Virus record (IMG/VR): IMGVR_UViG_3300044448_000824
Coordinates: 1-27,631 of that record
DNA: 27,631 bases
Strand: one strand, 5' to 3'
Origin: a virus
Taxonomy: Duplodnaviria; Caudoviricetes
Made by a program: the position numbers and the translations under genes
Notes under the pieces: model-generated
The model's input: only the letters and a program-made list of their open reading frames with translations
Told to the model about the DNA's origin: nothing
Databases searched by the model: none
Shown: one piece after another, positions 5,773 to 13,256 of the stretch
How positions within the stretch are numbered: position 1 is the first letter of the stretch
Layout of the letters: every line of letters begins with the position of its first letter

Positions 5773-6051
5773 ATGGGAAAGTTTAGAAGAACACACGTTA
5801 CTATTAAAGAAGAACAGATTGACAGGATTTTAAAGTTTTTAAATAGGTCTAACACTATGGTAAACTACATTCGTAATACCCACGATGTAAGATTGTCTGA
5901 TGTACGTAGATTAGAAGAAGGTATGGATGAACTTGCAGACATGTTTCATTTGTACATACCAGACTATGATCATACAGGAGGTTATATAGAATCGTATGAT
6001 AGAATTTATGTTAGAAAACCAGAGCAAGAAGAACTGGATATAGTAACATGA
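5773..6051 (+). CDS. Hypothetical protein
   Basis: AGGAGA RBS, tight operon packing, ATGA overlap with the next gene. Confidence 0.7.
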   Translation: MGKFRRTHVTIKEEQIDRILKFLNRSNTMVNYIRNTHDVRLSDVRRLEEGMDELADMFHLYIPDYDHTGGYIESYDRIYVRKPEQEELDIVT

Positions 6052-6524
6052 ACTTATTTTTTATAGACAGATGTCCAATCAAATCAGCACAGCAACTGTG
6101 TGATAAGCATGTAGTCAAGATGGTGTTGGAGACTGCCCAGATGTGTAGCACTGCTATGCATGAGTGGGGTTTTGCACGACACCTAAAGCATGTATATAAA
6201 TCTGCCTACAAGAACCATCCTATGACTGTGTGGGTTAGGGATAACGAACATAACTTTGCATGGGCCGTGAATCATGGCCTTGAGATAGGCCGAGAGTATA
6301 CACGTAGGTATGGTAAGGTACACAAAAGTACCGCAGTACTAGCAGAGATGGATGATGGGTGGGTTAACGATGATTATAATGCACACACCACACCACCACA
6401 GTGTATGCCAGATGAGTTCAAGTGTGACGATTACGTAAAAGCATACCGTGCATACTACCGCAAAGATAAAGCACACATACTACAGTGGACAGGCAGACCT
6501 GTACCAGAATGGGTTGGAGCTTGA
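6048..6524 (+). CDS. Pyrimidine-dimer DNA glycosylase / endonuclease V-like family protein
   Basis: MNLFFID..P..SAQ..CDKHVVKMVLETAQM.STA, YK....NHP...W, EYT.RYGKVH, PPQCMP and AYRAYY motifs. Confidence 0.75.
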   Translation: MNLFFIDRCPIKSAQQLCDKHVVKMVLETAQMCSTAMHEWGFARHLKHVYKSAYKNHPMTVWVRDNEHNFAWAVNHGLEIGREYTRRYGKVHKSTAVLAEMDDGWVNDDYNAHTTPPQCMPDEFKCDDYVKAYRAYYRKDKAHILQWTGRPVPEWVGA

Positions 6525-6525
6525 C

Positions 6526-6582
6526 ATGGAATGGGAAATAATATATTTATTAATGGGTCTTTTAATGGCTGTTACATTTTGA
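6526..6582 (+). CDS. Possible 18-aa hydrophobic peptide
   Basis: GGAG at 6516-6519, MEWEIIYLLMGLLMAVTF*; it fills an otherwise empty gap. Confidence 0.3.
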   Translation: MEWEIIYLLMGLLMAVTF

Positions 6583-6594
6583 AAGGAGAATAGG

Positions 6595-6810
6595 ATGGAT
6601 AAGCCTTGGCATAAACAAAGAATACCTGATGCGTTCTTTAGAGATGAGATTGAACGTAGGTTCTGTGCGCTAACTTCTCATGTACAAGAGGAAATAAAGT
6701 CTAGGTTTACTAGACCATACTCACTTAACATAATAGAGTTCGGTGAGCAGCTAGATCGTGTTCTCTTAGAGGAAGACATTGAAACATTTACAAACTGGAA
6801 GGGAGGCTGA
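6595..6810 (+). CDS. Hypothetical protein
   Basis: AAGGAG RBS; operon packing. Confidence 0.7.
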   Translation: MDKPWHKQRIPDAFFRDEIERRFCALTSHVQEEIKSRFTRPYSLNIIEFGEQLDRVLLEEDIETFTNWKGG

Positions 6811-6813
6811 GAC

Positions 6814-7032
6814 ATGCCTAGATATGAAGTGTGCGTACTGGTAGAGCTACCTCACAATGAGGAGGTAGATGAGCTAGAGTACATGGTAGATGTGTCACAC
6901 AATATGGTGGAGACACTACAATTAGATACCATACCTAAGTTAGTACACTATGCACTTGACCATGCACGTGAAGATTATCCACACTCACGAGTGGAATTAG
7001 AATTTATAAAGGAGATACAATATGTTCACTAA
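6814..7032 (+). CDS. Hypothetical acidic protein
   Basis: GGAGG RBS; operon packing. Confidence 0.7.
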   Translation: MPRYEVCVLVELPHNEEVDELEYMVDVSHNMVETLQLDTIPKLVHYALDHAREDYPHSRVELEFIKEIQYVH

Positions 7033-7360
7033 TAAACTTACTAAGATACTATATATGGTAGTGCTAATGGTAGTGCTACCTCTCACTGCATATGCACAGA
7101 ACCCTGCACCATGTAGAGACAGGGAACAGGTGATTAAATTTTTAGAGGGTGCACATGGAGAGGAGCTTATCTTTAGAGGTATATCCGGGCGTGGTCACAT
7201 CACCCTGATACATTACAACAGCAAGACAGGCACATGGACTGCTAGTATTATCAGACCACAGAACCCCACAATGATGTGTGGTGTGGATGTAGGTAGTACA
7301 GGTGAGCTTATTGCCAATGGTGATGGTAGTACACTACAGAAAAAGAAGAAGACATGGTAG
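7022..7360 (+). CDS. Secreted/periplasmic hypothetical protein
   Basis: N-terminal signal peptide ending in AYA; C..R..V..FL...HGE and GTWT..C pattern like small alphaproteobacterial exported proteins; AAGGAG RBS. Confidence 0.7.
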   Translation: MFTNKLTKILYMVVLMVVLPLTAYAQNPAPCRDREQVIKFLEGAHGEELIFRGISGRGHITLIHYNSKTGTWTASIIRPQNPTMMCGVDVGSTGELIANGDGSTLQKKKKTW

Positions 7361-7560
7361 AGGATAGGGCATACAGTAATAGTATCTTTGAGATGGTATG
7401 GAATGCAGCCCATCACGATCCTGATTATGGTGAGCAACATGCATCAGTGGTTGCATCCATGCACAAGATACCTATAACTACGCTTATGAAAGTAGTGCGA
7501 CATGCACAACGTACACCTAAGTCTGTAGAGTGGAACAGAGTCAGTGGTAACTTTACTTAA
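7354..7560 (+). CDS. Hypothetical protein
   Basis: Co-oriented ORF filling the operon gap. Confidence 0.6.
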   Translation: MVEDRAYSNSIFEMVWNAAHHDPDYGEQHASVVASMHKIPITTLMKVVRHAQRTPKSVEWNRVSGNFT

Positions 7561-7575
7561 TAAAGGATATACATT

Positions 7576-7848
7576 ATGTTAGATGACCATGAAGGAACAA
7601 GAACAATAACTAAAACCCCATTGTACACATTCGACTGGTACATAAAATGGGTAGCAAGCATACTACTTACAGTAGGCATGGTGCTTACTGCTAATAATAT
7701 CTTTCCTGTCAACCTAATCTTTCATGCAATTGGTATTGCAGGATGGTTATGGGTGGGGTTGTTATGGAATGATAGGGCGTTGATCTTTATCAACACATTT
7801 TCTTTAGCTATACTCACTAGTAGTTTAGTTAAGATATACATACTTTAA
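7576..7848 (+). CDS. Small multi-pass membrane protein (DUF6552-like)
   Basis: DWYIKWVAS...P.NL....IG..GWLWVG.LWNDRALI..N, with about 3 hydrophobic segments; AAAGGA RBS. Confidence 0.65.
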   Translation: MLDDHEGTRTITKTPLYTFDWYIKWVASILLTVGMVLTANNIFPVNLIFHAIGIAGWLWVGLLWNDRALIFINTFSLAILTSSLVKIYIL

Positions 7849-7860
7849 AGGAGGTAATCT

Positions 7861-8898
7861 ATGAAGACAACTATATTAACACTATTACTAACATATCTTG
7901 TTGCATCTACATCAATGGGTTTAGCAGCAGATCGTAAGCAAATAAGAGTAGTGGGTTCATCTACAGTGTATCCATTTGCAACTACAGTTGCTGAGAACTT
8001 TGGTAAGCAAACTAAATATAAGACTCCTGTTATTGAAAGCACTGGATCTGGAGGAGGAATGAAGATATTCTGTTCTGGTATGGATCTAAGGTATGCTGAT
8101 GTAACGAATGCATCTAGGCGTATAAAAAAGAAAGAGTATGATAAGTGCATTAGTAATGGCGTTAGAAATATACTAGAAGTAAAGGTTGGGTATGATGGTA
8201 TAGTTCTAGCTAACAGTAAAAAAGCTAAGAAATTTAGTATGTCTTTGAGGGATGTCTTTCTTGCACTAGCAAAGGACATACCTACAGAGGATGGTAAGAC
8301 TATACCCAATCCATATACAACATGGAAGCAAATAAATCCTATGTTACCTGCTACAAAGATAGAAGTAATAGGCCCACCACCAACGTCAGGAACACGAGAT
8401 GCTTTCGTTGAGTTGGCTATGGAAGGTGGTTGTAAAACATTCAAGTGGGTTAAGGCAATGAAGAAGACAGATAAGAAAGCCTACAAGTCTTTGTGTCATA
8501 CCATACGAGAGGATGGTGTGTACATAGAAGCAGGAGAGAATGACAACATGATTGTTCATAAACTTGTAGTAAGTAAGAATATACTAGGTATCTTTGGCTT
8601 TAGTTTTCTTGACACAAATCAAGACAAAATACAAGGTAGTATAATTCAAGGCAACAAACCTACCTTTGATAACATTTCTACTGGCAAGTACCCTGTATCA
8701 AGACCCTTGTACTTCTACGTTAAAAAGAATAACATGGGTATCATTGGAGGACTACGAGAGTATGTAGAAATGTTTACCTCTGACAAAGCATCTGGTCCTG
8801 AAGGGTATCTCACTGATAAAGGACTGATACCTTTAGGTGATGTTGAACGTAGCAAAAGAAGTAAAGCTATTAAAACATTAGAAAACTTGGTAATGTAA
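7861..8898 (+). CDS. pstS: Phosphate ABC transporter substrate-binding protein PstS
   Basis: Signal peptide; IRVVGSSTVYPF, ESTGSGGG, NASR.IK, GYDGIV, PPPTSGTRDAF and YPVSRPLYFYVK motifs; AAGGAGG RBS. Confidence 0.93.
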   Translation: MKTTILTLLLTYLVASTSMGLAADRKQIRVVGSSTVYPFATTVAENFGKQTKYKTPVIESTGSGGGMKIFCSGMDLRYADVTNASRRIKKKEYDKCISNGVRNILEVKVGYDGIVLANSKKAKKFSMSLRDVFLALAKDIPTEDGKTIPNPYTTWKQINPMLPATKIEVIGPPPTSGTRDAFVELAMEGGCKTFKWVKAMKKTDKKAYKSLCHTIREDGVYIEAGENDNMIVHKLVVSKNILGIFGFSFLDTNQDKIQGSIIQGNKPTFDNISTGKYPVSRPLYFYVKKNNMGIIGGLREYVEMFTSDKASGPEGYLTDKGLIPLGDVERSKRSKAIKTLENLVM

Positions 8899-8919
8899 TA
8901 AATACTAGGAGGAATAACA

Positions 8920-9801
8920 ATGAGAGCGATACCACTAAAGAAGTTGGTCAAGCTATACTTACAGTCATCTGAGTTTAATCGCTTACGTGATCAAACAAAG
9001 TTAGACTATACTAGGTTCTTAAAGATATTGACAGACACGTTAGGTGAAACAACTGCATCTGTCGTATCAGGTAAGGACGCAAGGATGGCGTATGAAGAAT
9101 GGGTTACACGAGGCATACACCTAGCTAATCATGTGGCAGCAGTAGCTGGCATTGTGTACAGGCATGGTCAGGACATGGAGTATGTTAAGAATAATCCATT
9201 CACGCTAGTAAGGAAGCTATCACCTACTGCACGTAACACAGTATGGACACAGGATCAGGTGCGTCAGTTTCTTGATGTAGCCTATGGTGACTTTGTGTAT
9301 CGTAATGTAGGACTGATAGTGCAGATGGCCTATGAGTGGTGTCAACGTGTAGGTGACATGCGTATGTTGATATGGGATAGTATTGACTTCAATACACGTA
9401 GACTAAAACTGTTACAGTCTAAGCGTGGTGCAGAGGTACAGCTACCCATATCAGATGCGTTACTTGATATGCTTACAGAACAACGACAGGACTTTGACTT
9501 CCAGAAATATGTAGCACCTATGCCTACACCTTATGGTGGTGAATACAAACCATTCTCAATGGAACGATTGTCCAAGATAGGTAGAAAGATAATGCGACAG
9601 GCTAAACTACCAGATGAATTACGCTTGATGGATCTGCGAAGAACTGGTACAACTGAAATGGTAGAGGCAGGTGTGCCATTGCCACAGATTATGTCAGTGA
9701 CAGGTCATGCTAATCCACAGTCGGTGAAGCCTTACATAAAGAATACTTATCTTAGTGCTAACAGTGCGCTGACTGCACGACAACAGTTTAAGGAGGATTG
9801 A
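8920..9801 (+). CDS. int: Tyrosine recombinase / integrase
   Basis: Catalytic set R (CQRVGD), K (QSKRG), xDLRR (M in place of H), TGH and Y (KPY); N-terminal SAM-like binding region; AGGAGG RBS. Confidence 0.88.
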   Translation: MRAIPLKKLVKLYLQSSEFNRLRDQTKLDYTRFLKILTDTLGETTASVVSGKDARMAYEEWVTRGIHLANHVAAVAGIVYRHGQDMEYVKNNPFTLVRKLSPTARNTVWTQDQVRQFLDVAYGDFVYRNVGLIVQMAYEWCQRVGDMRMLIWDSIDFNTRRLKLLQSKRGAEVQLPISDALLDMLTEQRQDFDFQKYVAPMPTPYGGEYKPFSMERLSKIGRKIMRQAKLPDELRLMDLRRTGTTEMVEAGVPLPQIMSVTGHANPQSVKPYIKNTYLSANSALTARQQFKED

Positions 9802-9802
9802 T

Positions 9803-10327
9803 ATGACAGAATATACAAAACAGTACTATGCAAACAATAAAGAAAAGATACTTAAAGTTAACAAATTATATTATCAAAATAATAAAGAAAAAGTATTGGA
9901 GTCAGCCAAAGAGTATCGATTAAAAAATAAAGACAAGATACGTGTGCAAAAGCACGAATATCGTAAGGAAATTCAAAACGTTAATAAGCACTCAGATATA
10001 CGTACAGCATTTTTAACAAGAAGAATAAGTGCAATGAAAAGTAGGCATGACTCTGTGACATTAACACCTGAAGAACTACTAGAATTAATACCTAAAGATT
10101 TAAAGTGTCCTGTATTTGGAACTAAGTTCACATTCGGTATGCAATCTACCTCGTTAGATAAACAAAGGGCTATGACTGTAGATAGAATAGATAATAGTAA
10201 AGGCTATCATAAAGATAACGTGGTAATTATTTCTTTTAAAGCTAATGCTATGAAAAGTTCAGCCACACTTAAGGAGCTATACCAAGTTGCAGATTTTTAT
10301 TATAAACTAGAAAAAAGGAGTGCGTAG
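9803..10327 (+). CDS. HNH-like (putative homing) endonuclease
   Basis: N-terminal basic repeats (YYANNKEKIL / YYQNNKEKVL / YRLKNKDKIR), then CPVFG and VDRIDNSKGYHKDNVVIISFKAN..K. Confidence 0.75.
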   Translation: MTEYTKQYYANNKEKILKVNKLYYQNNKEKVLESAKEYRLKNKDKIRVQKHEYRKEIQNVNKHSDIRTAFLTRRISAMKSRHDSVTLTPEELLELIPKDLKCPVFGTKFTFGMQSTSLDKQRAMTVDRIDNSKGYHKDNVVIISFKANAMKSSATLKELYQVADFYYKLEKRSA

Positions 10328-10328
10328 T

Positions 10329-10565
10329 ATGAAAGAGAGATATGTAGCAGCAGGTTTAGAGTATATTGCAGAAGATGTACATTTGTACCTAGCCTTGCAC
10401 GATGGTTTTAAAACTAAGTTACAAGCTGAAAGAATAGTAGATCGTTTATACGATGATGATCAAGTTCTAGAATGTAAAATATTTAGTGTATCTGAACTAC
10501 AAGAAGGACGCGAGGATGGTAACACAATAAAATCTGAAGATATAGTATATCGTAGTGTAATCTAA
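10329..10565 (+). CDS. Hypothetical protein
   Basis: AAGGAG at 10315-10320 suits ATG 10329 better than the track GTG at 10320; TAATG coupling to the primase. Confidence 0.65.
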   Translation: MKERYVAAGLEYIAEDVHLYLALHDGFKTKLQAERIVDRLYDDDQVLECKIFSVSELQEGREDGNTIKSEDIVYRSVI

Positions 10566-11323
10566 TGCTTGAATATCTCACAGGCTTAGACATCACTGAT
10601 GGTAGTTCTGTACGTATGGATTGTCCTGAATGCAAAGGACGTAGGACATTCACTGTGTCCAATCTAAATGGACAGCTACTGTGGAACTGTTACAAGGCAG
10701 GATGTAGTATCAGTGGTGCTAACAGGGTAAGCATGTCTGCCACTGCTATACAGGACAAGCTAAACAAAATAGTAAAGGTAAAGGACACTAGCTTTGACAT
10801 GCCCATGTATGTAGTGCCAGTGCCTGTACCTACTGATGCCCCTGTCTATGAGTATGCAAGTGAGTGGGGTCTTAATGTAGCAGAGCATGGTCTGATGTAT
10901 GATATACGTGAGCATCGTGTTGTGTTTCCTGTAGTACATAATGGTATTACAGTTGACGCTACAGGCAGGGCATTGGGTAAGAGGATACCTAAGTGGAAGC
11001 GATATGGAAATAGTGGGTTGCCTTACGTACATGGTTGTGGTAAGGTAGCTGTTGTTGTAGAGGATTGCGTTAGTGCAGCAGTTGTTGGAGGAGATCGACA
11101 TACAGGGGTAGCTTTAATGGGAACCTCCATGTCCAACGAACAGAGGCAATACCTAGCGCAGTTCTCTACAGCAGTAGTAGCATTAGATCCTGATGCATCA
11201 AAGAAAACTTTAGCAATAGCAAAGGAGTTACGAAGTGTAGTTAATAATGTAAAAGTCCTACGTCTACAGGACGATATAAAGTATAGACACAAGAAAGATA
11301 TGGACGCTCTTAATGAACTATGA
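10565..11323 (+). CDS. DNA primase (Zn finger + TOPRIM)
   Basis: CPEC...WNCYKAGC zinc finger, RVVFP, KWKRY, and TOPRIM motifs VVVEDCVSA and ALDPDA. Confidence 0.88.
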   Translation: MLEYLTGLDITDGSSVRMDCPECKGRRTFTVSNLNGQLLWNCYKAGCSISGANRVSMSATAIQDKLNKIVKVKDTSFDMPMYVVPVPVPTDAPVYEYASEWGLNVAEHGLMYDIREHRVVFPVVHNGITVDATGRALGKRIPKWKRYGNSGLPYVHGCGKVAVVVEDCVSAAVVGGDRHTGVALMGTSMSNEQRQYLAQFSTAVVALDPDASKKTLAIAKELRSVVNNVKVLRLQDDIKYRHKKDMDALNEL

Positions 11324-11334
11324 AAGGATGAGCT

Positions 11335-12558
11335 ATGGAACTTTCACTTATACGAAGCCTTATGGAGAAGCAATTCTACGAGGAACACAGGGGTTCACGT
11401 TGCCCTATGAAACTATTCAGCAAGGACATACAGAAAGTTAAACGTGTAATAGATAAAGCAATGGATGACTATGATCGCAGTGTCTCACCAGATGAAGTTG
11501 AGGCACTTTTTTTATCAGACAATCCAACACTGACTACAGCACAGAAGCAACAGTACTCTGCTTTGTTTGGTCAGATTAAAACACAACAGCCTATGGGTAA
11601 GGACATAGCACAAGAGGTACTGTCTAAGTTATTTCAGCAGGTGATTGGTGAAGAGGTTGCTAACTTAGGTTTCGACTTTGTTAATGGATCACTCAAAAGT
11701 CTACAGCCACTACGCAATCTGCTTGAGGTACATGGTGATGACTTCATACCTAAGTTACAGGTACAATGGGAAGACATGAACATGGACAGGATACTTGATG
11801 AGGGTGACTTACAAAGCAAGTGGACCTTCAACATACCTAGCCTTGCACGTAAGGTTCCGGGTGTGAATGCAGGTCAGCTTATTGAGATAGGTGCTAGGTC
11901 TAACACAGGTAAGACTAGCTTCCATGCCAGCTTGGTTATGGGGCCAGATGGTTTCGCAGATCAGGGTGCTAAAGTTATTGTGCTCTGTAATGAAGAAACA
12001 CCTACTCGTGTAGGCCACAGGTATCTGACATGTGCGGTAGGTACAGACTCAGTAGGCATACGTAAGGACAAGGCTAGGCATCTAGCTACATACAGATCCA
12101 AGTCTCGTCACCTCAAGTTCAAGGATAGCACAGAGAAAGACATGGCATGGGTGGAGTCAGTATGTAAATACTACAAGCCTGACATCATCATGCTGGATAT
12201 GGGTGACAAGTTTACATCCACAGCTAACTCTGCCAGTATACATGAAGTACTTAAACAGAATGTCATGTACGCTAGACAGATAGCAAAGCAACAGGAGTGT
12301 GCTGTGTTCTATATGTCACAGTTATCTGCTGAAGCTGAAGGTAGAGTAGTACTCAATCAATCTATGATGGAAGGTTCTAAGACAGGCAAGGCAGCTGAAG
12401 CTGACCTCATGCTCCTGATTGCAAGGAACCCACCAACAGAGAACCAGACTGAGGAAGACACACAGAGACATATTAACATTGCAAAAAACAAGTTGACAGG
12501 TTGGCATGGTATGGTAACTTGTGAGTTTGATTATAAGACAGCATTGTTTTCAGCATAA
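11335..12558 (+). CDS. Replicative SF4 (DnaB/T7 gp4-like) DNA helicase
   Basis: Walker A GARSNTGKTS, NEE, IIMLD, MSQLS, AEADLMLLI and IAKNK..G motifs. Confidence 0.9.
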   Translation: MELSLIRSLMEKQFYEEHRGSRCPMKLFSKDIQKVKRVIDKAMDDYDRSVSPDEVEALFLSDNPTLTTAQKQQYSALFGQIKTQQPMGKDIAQEVLSKLFQQVIGEEVANLGFDFVNGSLKSLQPLRNLLEVHGDDFIPKLQVQWEDMNMDRILDEGDLQSKWTFNIPSLARKVPGVNAGQLIEIGARSNTGKTSFHASLVMGPDGFADQGAKVIVLCNEETPTRVGHRYLTCAVGTDSVGIRKDKARHLATYRSKSRHLKFKDSTEKDMAWVESVCKYYKPDIIMLDMGDKFTSTANSASIHEVLKQNVMYARQIAKQQECAVFYMSQLSAEAEGRVVLNQSMMEGSKTGKAAEADLMLLIARNPPTENQTEEDTQRHINIAKNKLTGWHGMVTCEFDYKTALFSA

Positions 12559-12569
12559 GGAGGTTAAAC

Positions 12570-13256
12570 ATGGTTAATATATTCACACCTAAGAAGGATG
12601 CAGATGAGCAGATCTTCTTTCCATTTGGTCCTGTTATGGGCTACAAGAAACTAAGTCCTGAGTTTGTAAAGAACATGAATAGTTTCTATGAAGAGGAACC
12701 TGATCTACAAGACTATTCAGATAACTTAGTAGGTAAGGTAGGTCAGGAGCTACACTTCAGTGAAGCAATGAGAGATCTGTTCTTGAATGAAGTCAAAGAC
12801 TTTATAGGTAGGTACAATCAGACAGCTACTATAAGAAACTCATATGGTAGAAACAGATTGAATACAGATAACTTTGAGTACAGTATGCAGTTCGTATCTG
12901 GTTGGTTAGTCAGGCAGTTTGAACATGAGTACAATCCAGTACACCTACATACAGGATGTCGTATGTCCTGTGTTGGGTATCTGAAACTACCTGAAGGTAT
13001 CGAGAAAGAATGGGAAGAGGACTACAAAGATCATCATCCTTCTCATGGACACATACAGTTTATATCTGGTAGTGCAGGTAGCTACAGTGCTACAAACTTT
13101 ATGGTAAGACCACAGGTGGGAGACTTCTATGTATTTCCTAGTGAGTTGTTCCATTGTGTGTATCCTTTCTATACTAAAGGTGAGCGAAGATCGTTTAGTT
13201 CTAACTTTAACTTTGTAGAAATTCCTAAAGGAGAGAAAAGTGAAACTGACTCTTGA
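12570..13256 (+). CDS. Putative 2OG-Fe(II) oxygenase-like protein
   Basis: W...Q..HEYNPVHLH, S.VGYLK.P, P.VGD..VFPS.L.H.VYPF and ERRSFS.N fit a double-stranded beta-helix oxygenase. Confidence 0.7.
   Translation: MVNIFTPKKDADEQIFFPFGPVMGYKKLSPEFVKNMNSFYEEEPDLQDYSDNLVGKVGQELHFSEAMRDLFLNEVKDFIGRYNQTATIRNSYGRNRLNTDNFEYSMQFVSGWLVRQFEHEYNPVHLHTGCRMSCVGYLKLPEGIEKEWEEDYKDHHPSHGHIQFISGSAGSYSATNFMVRPQVGDFYVFPSELFHCVYPFYTKGERRSFSSNFNFVEIPKGEKSETDS

Noticed and set aside
6521-6549. Possible sigma70 promoter (TTGACA at 6521)
   Set aside because: TATATT sits at 15-nt spacing and the 17-nt hexamer TATTTA is weak; not enough to call.
7706-7725. Possible pho box upstream of pstS (CTGTCAA...CTTTCAT)
   Set aside because: The half-sites are 13 bp apart rather than 11 and lie inside a coding sequence.
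8899-8919. attP or tRNA fragment next to the integrase
   Set aside because: The gap is only 21 nt and mostly RBS; I recognised no tRNA-like sequence anywhere in the window.
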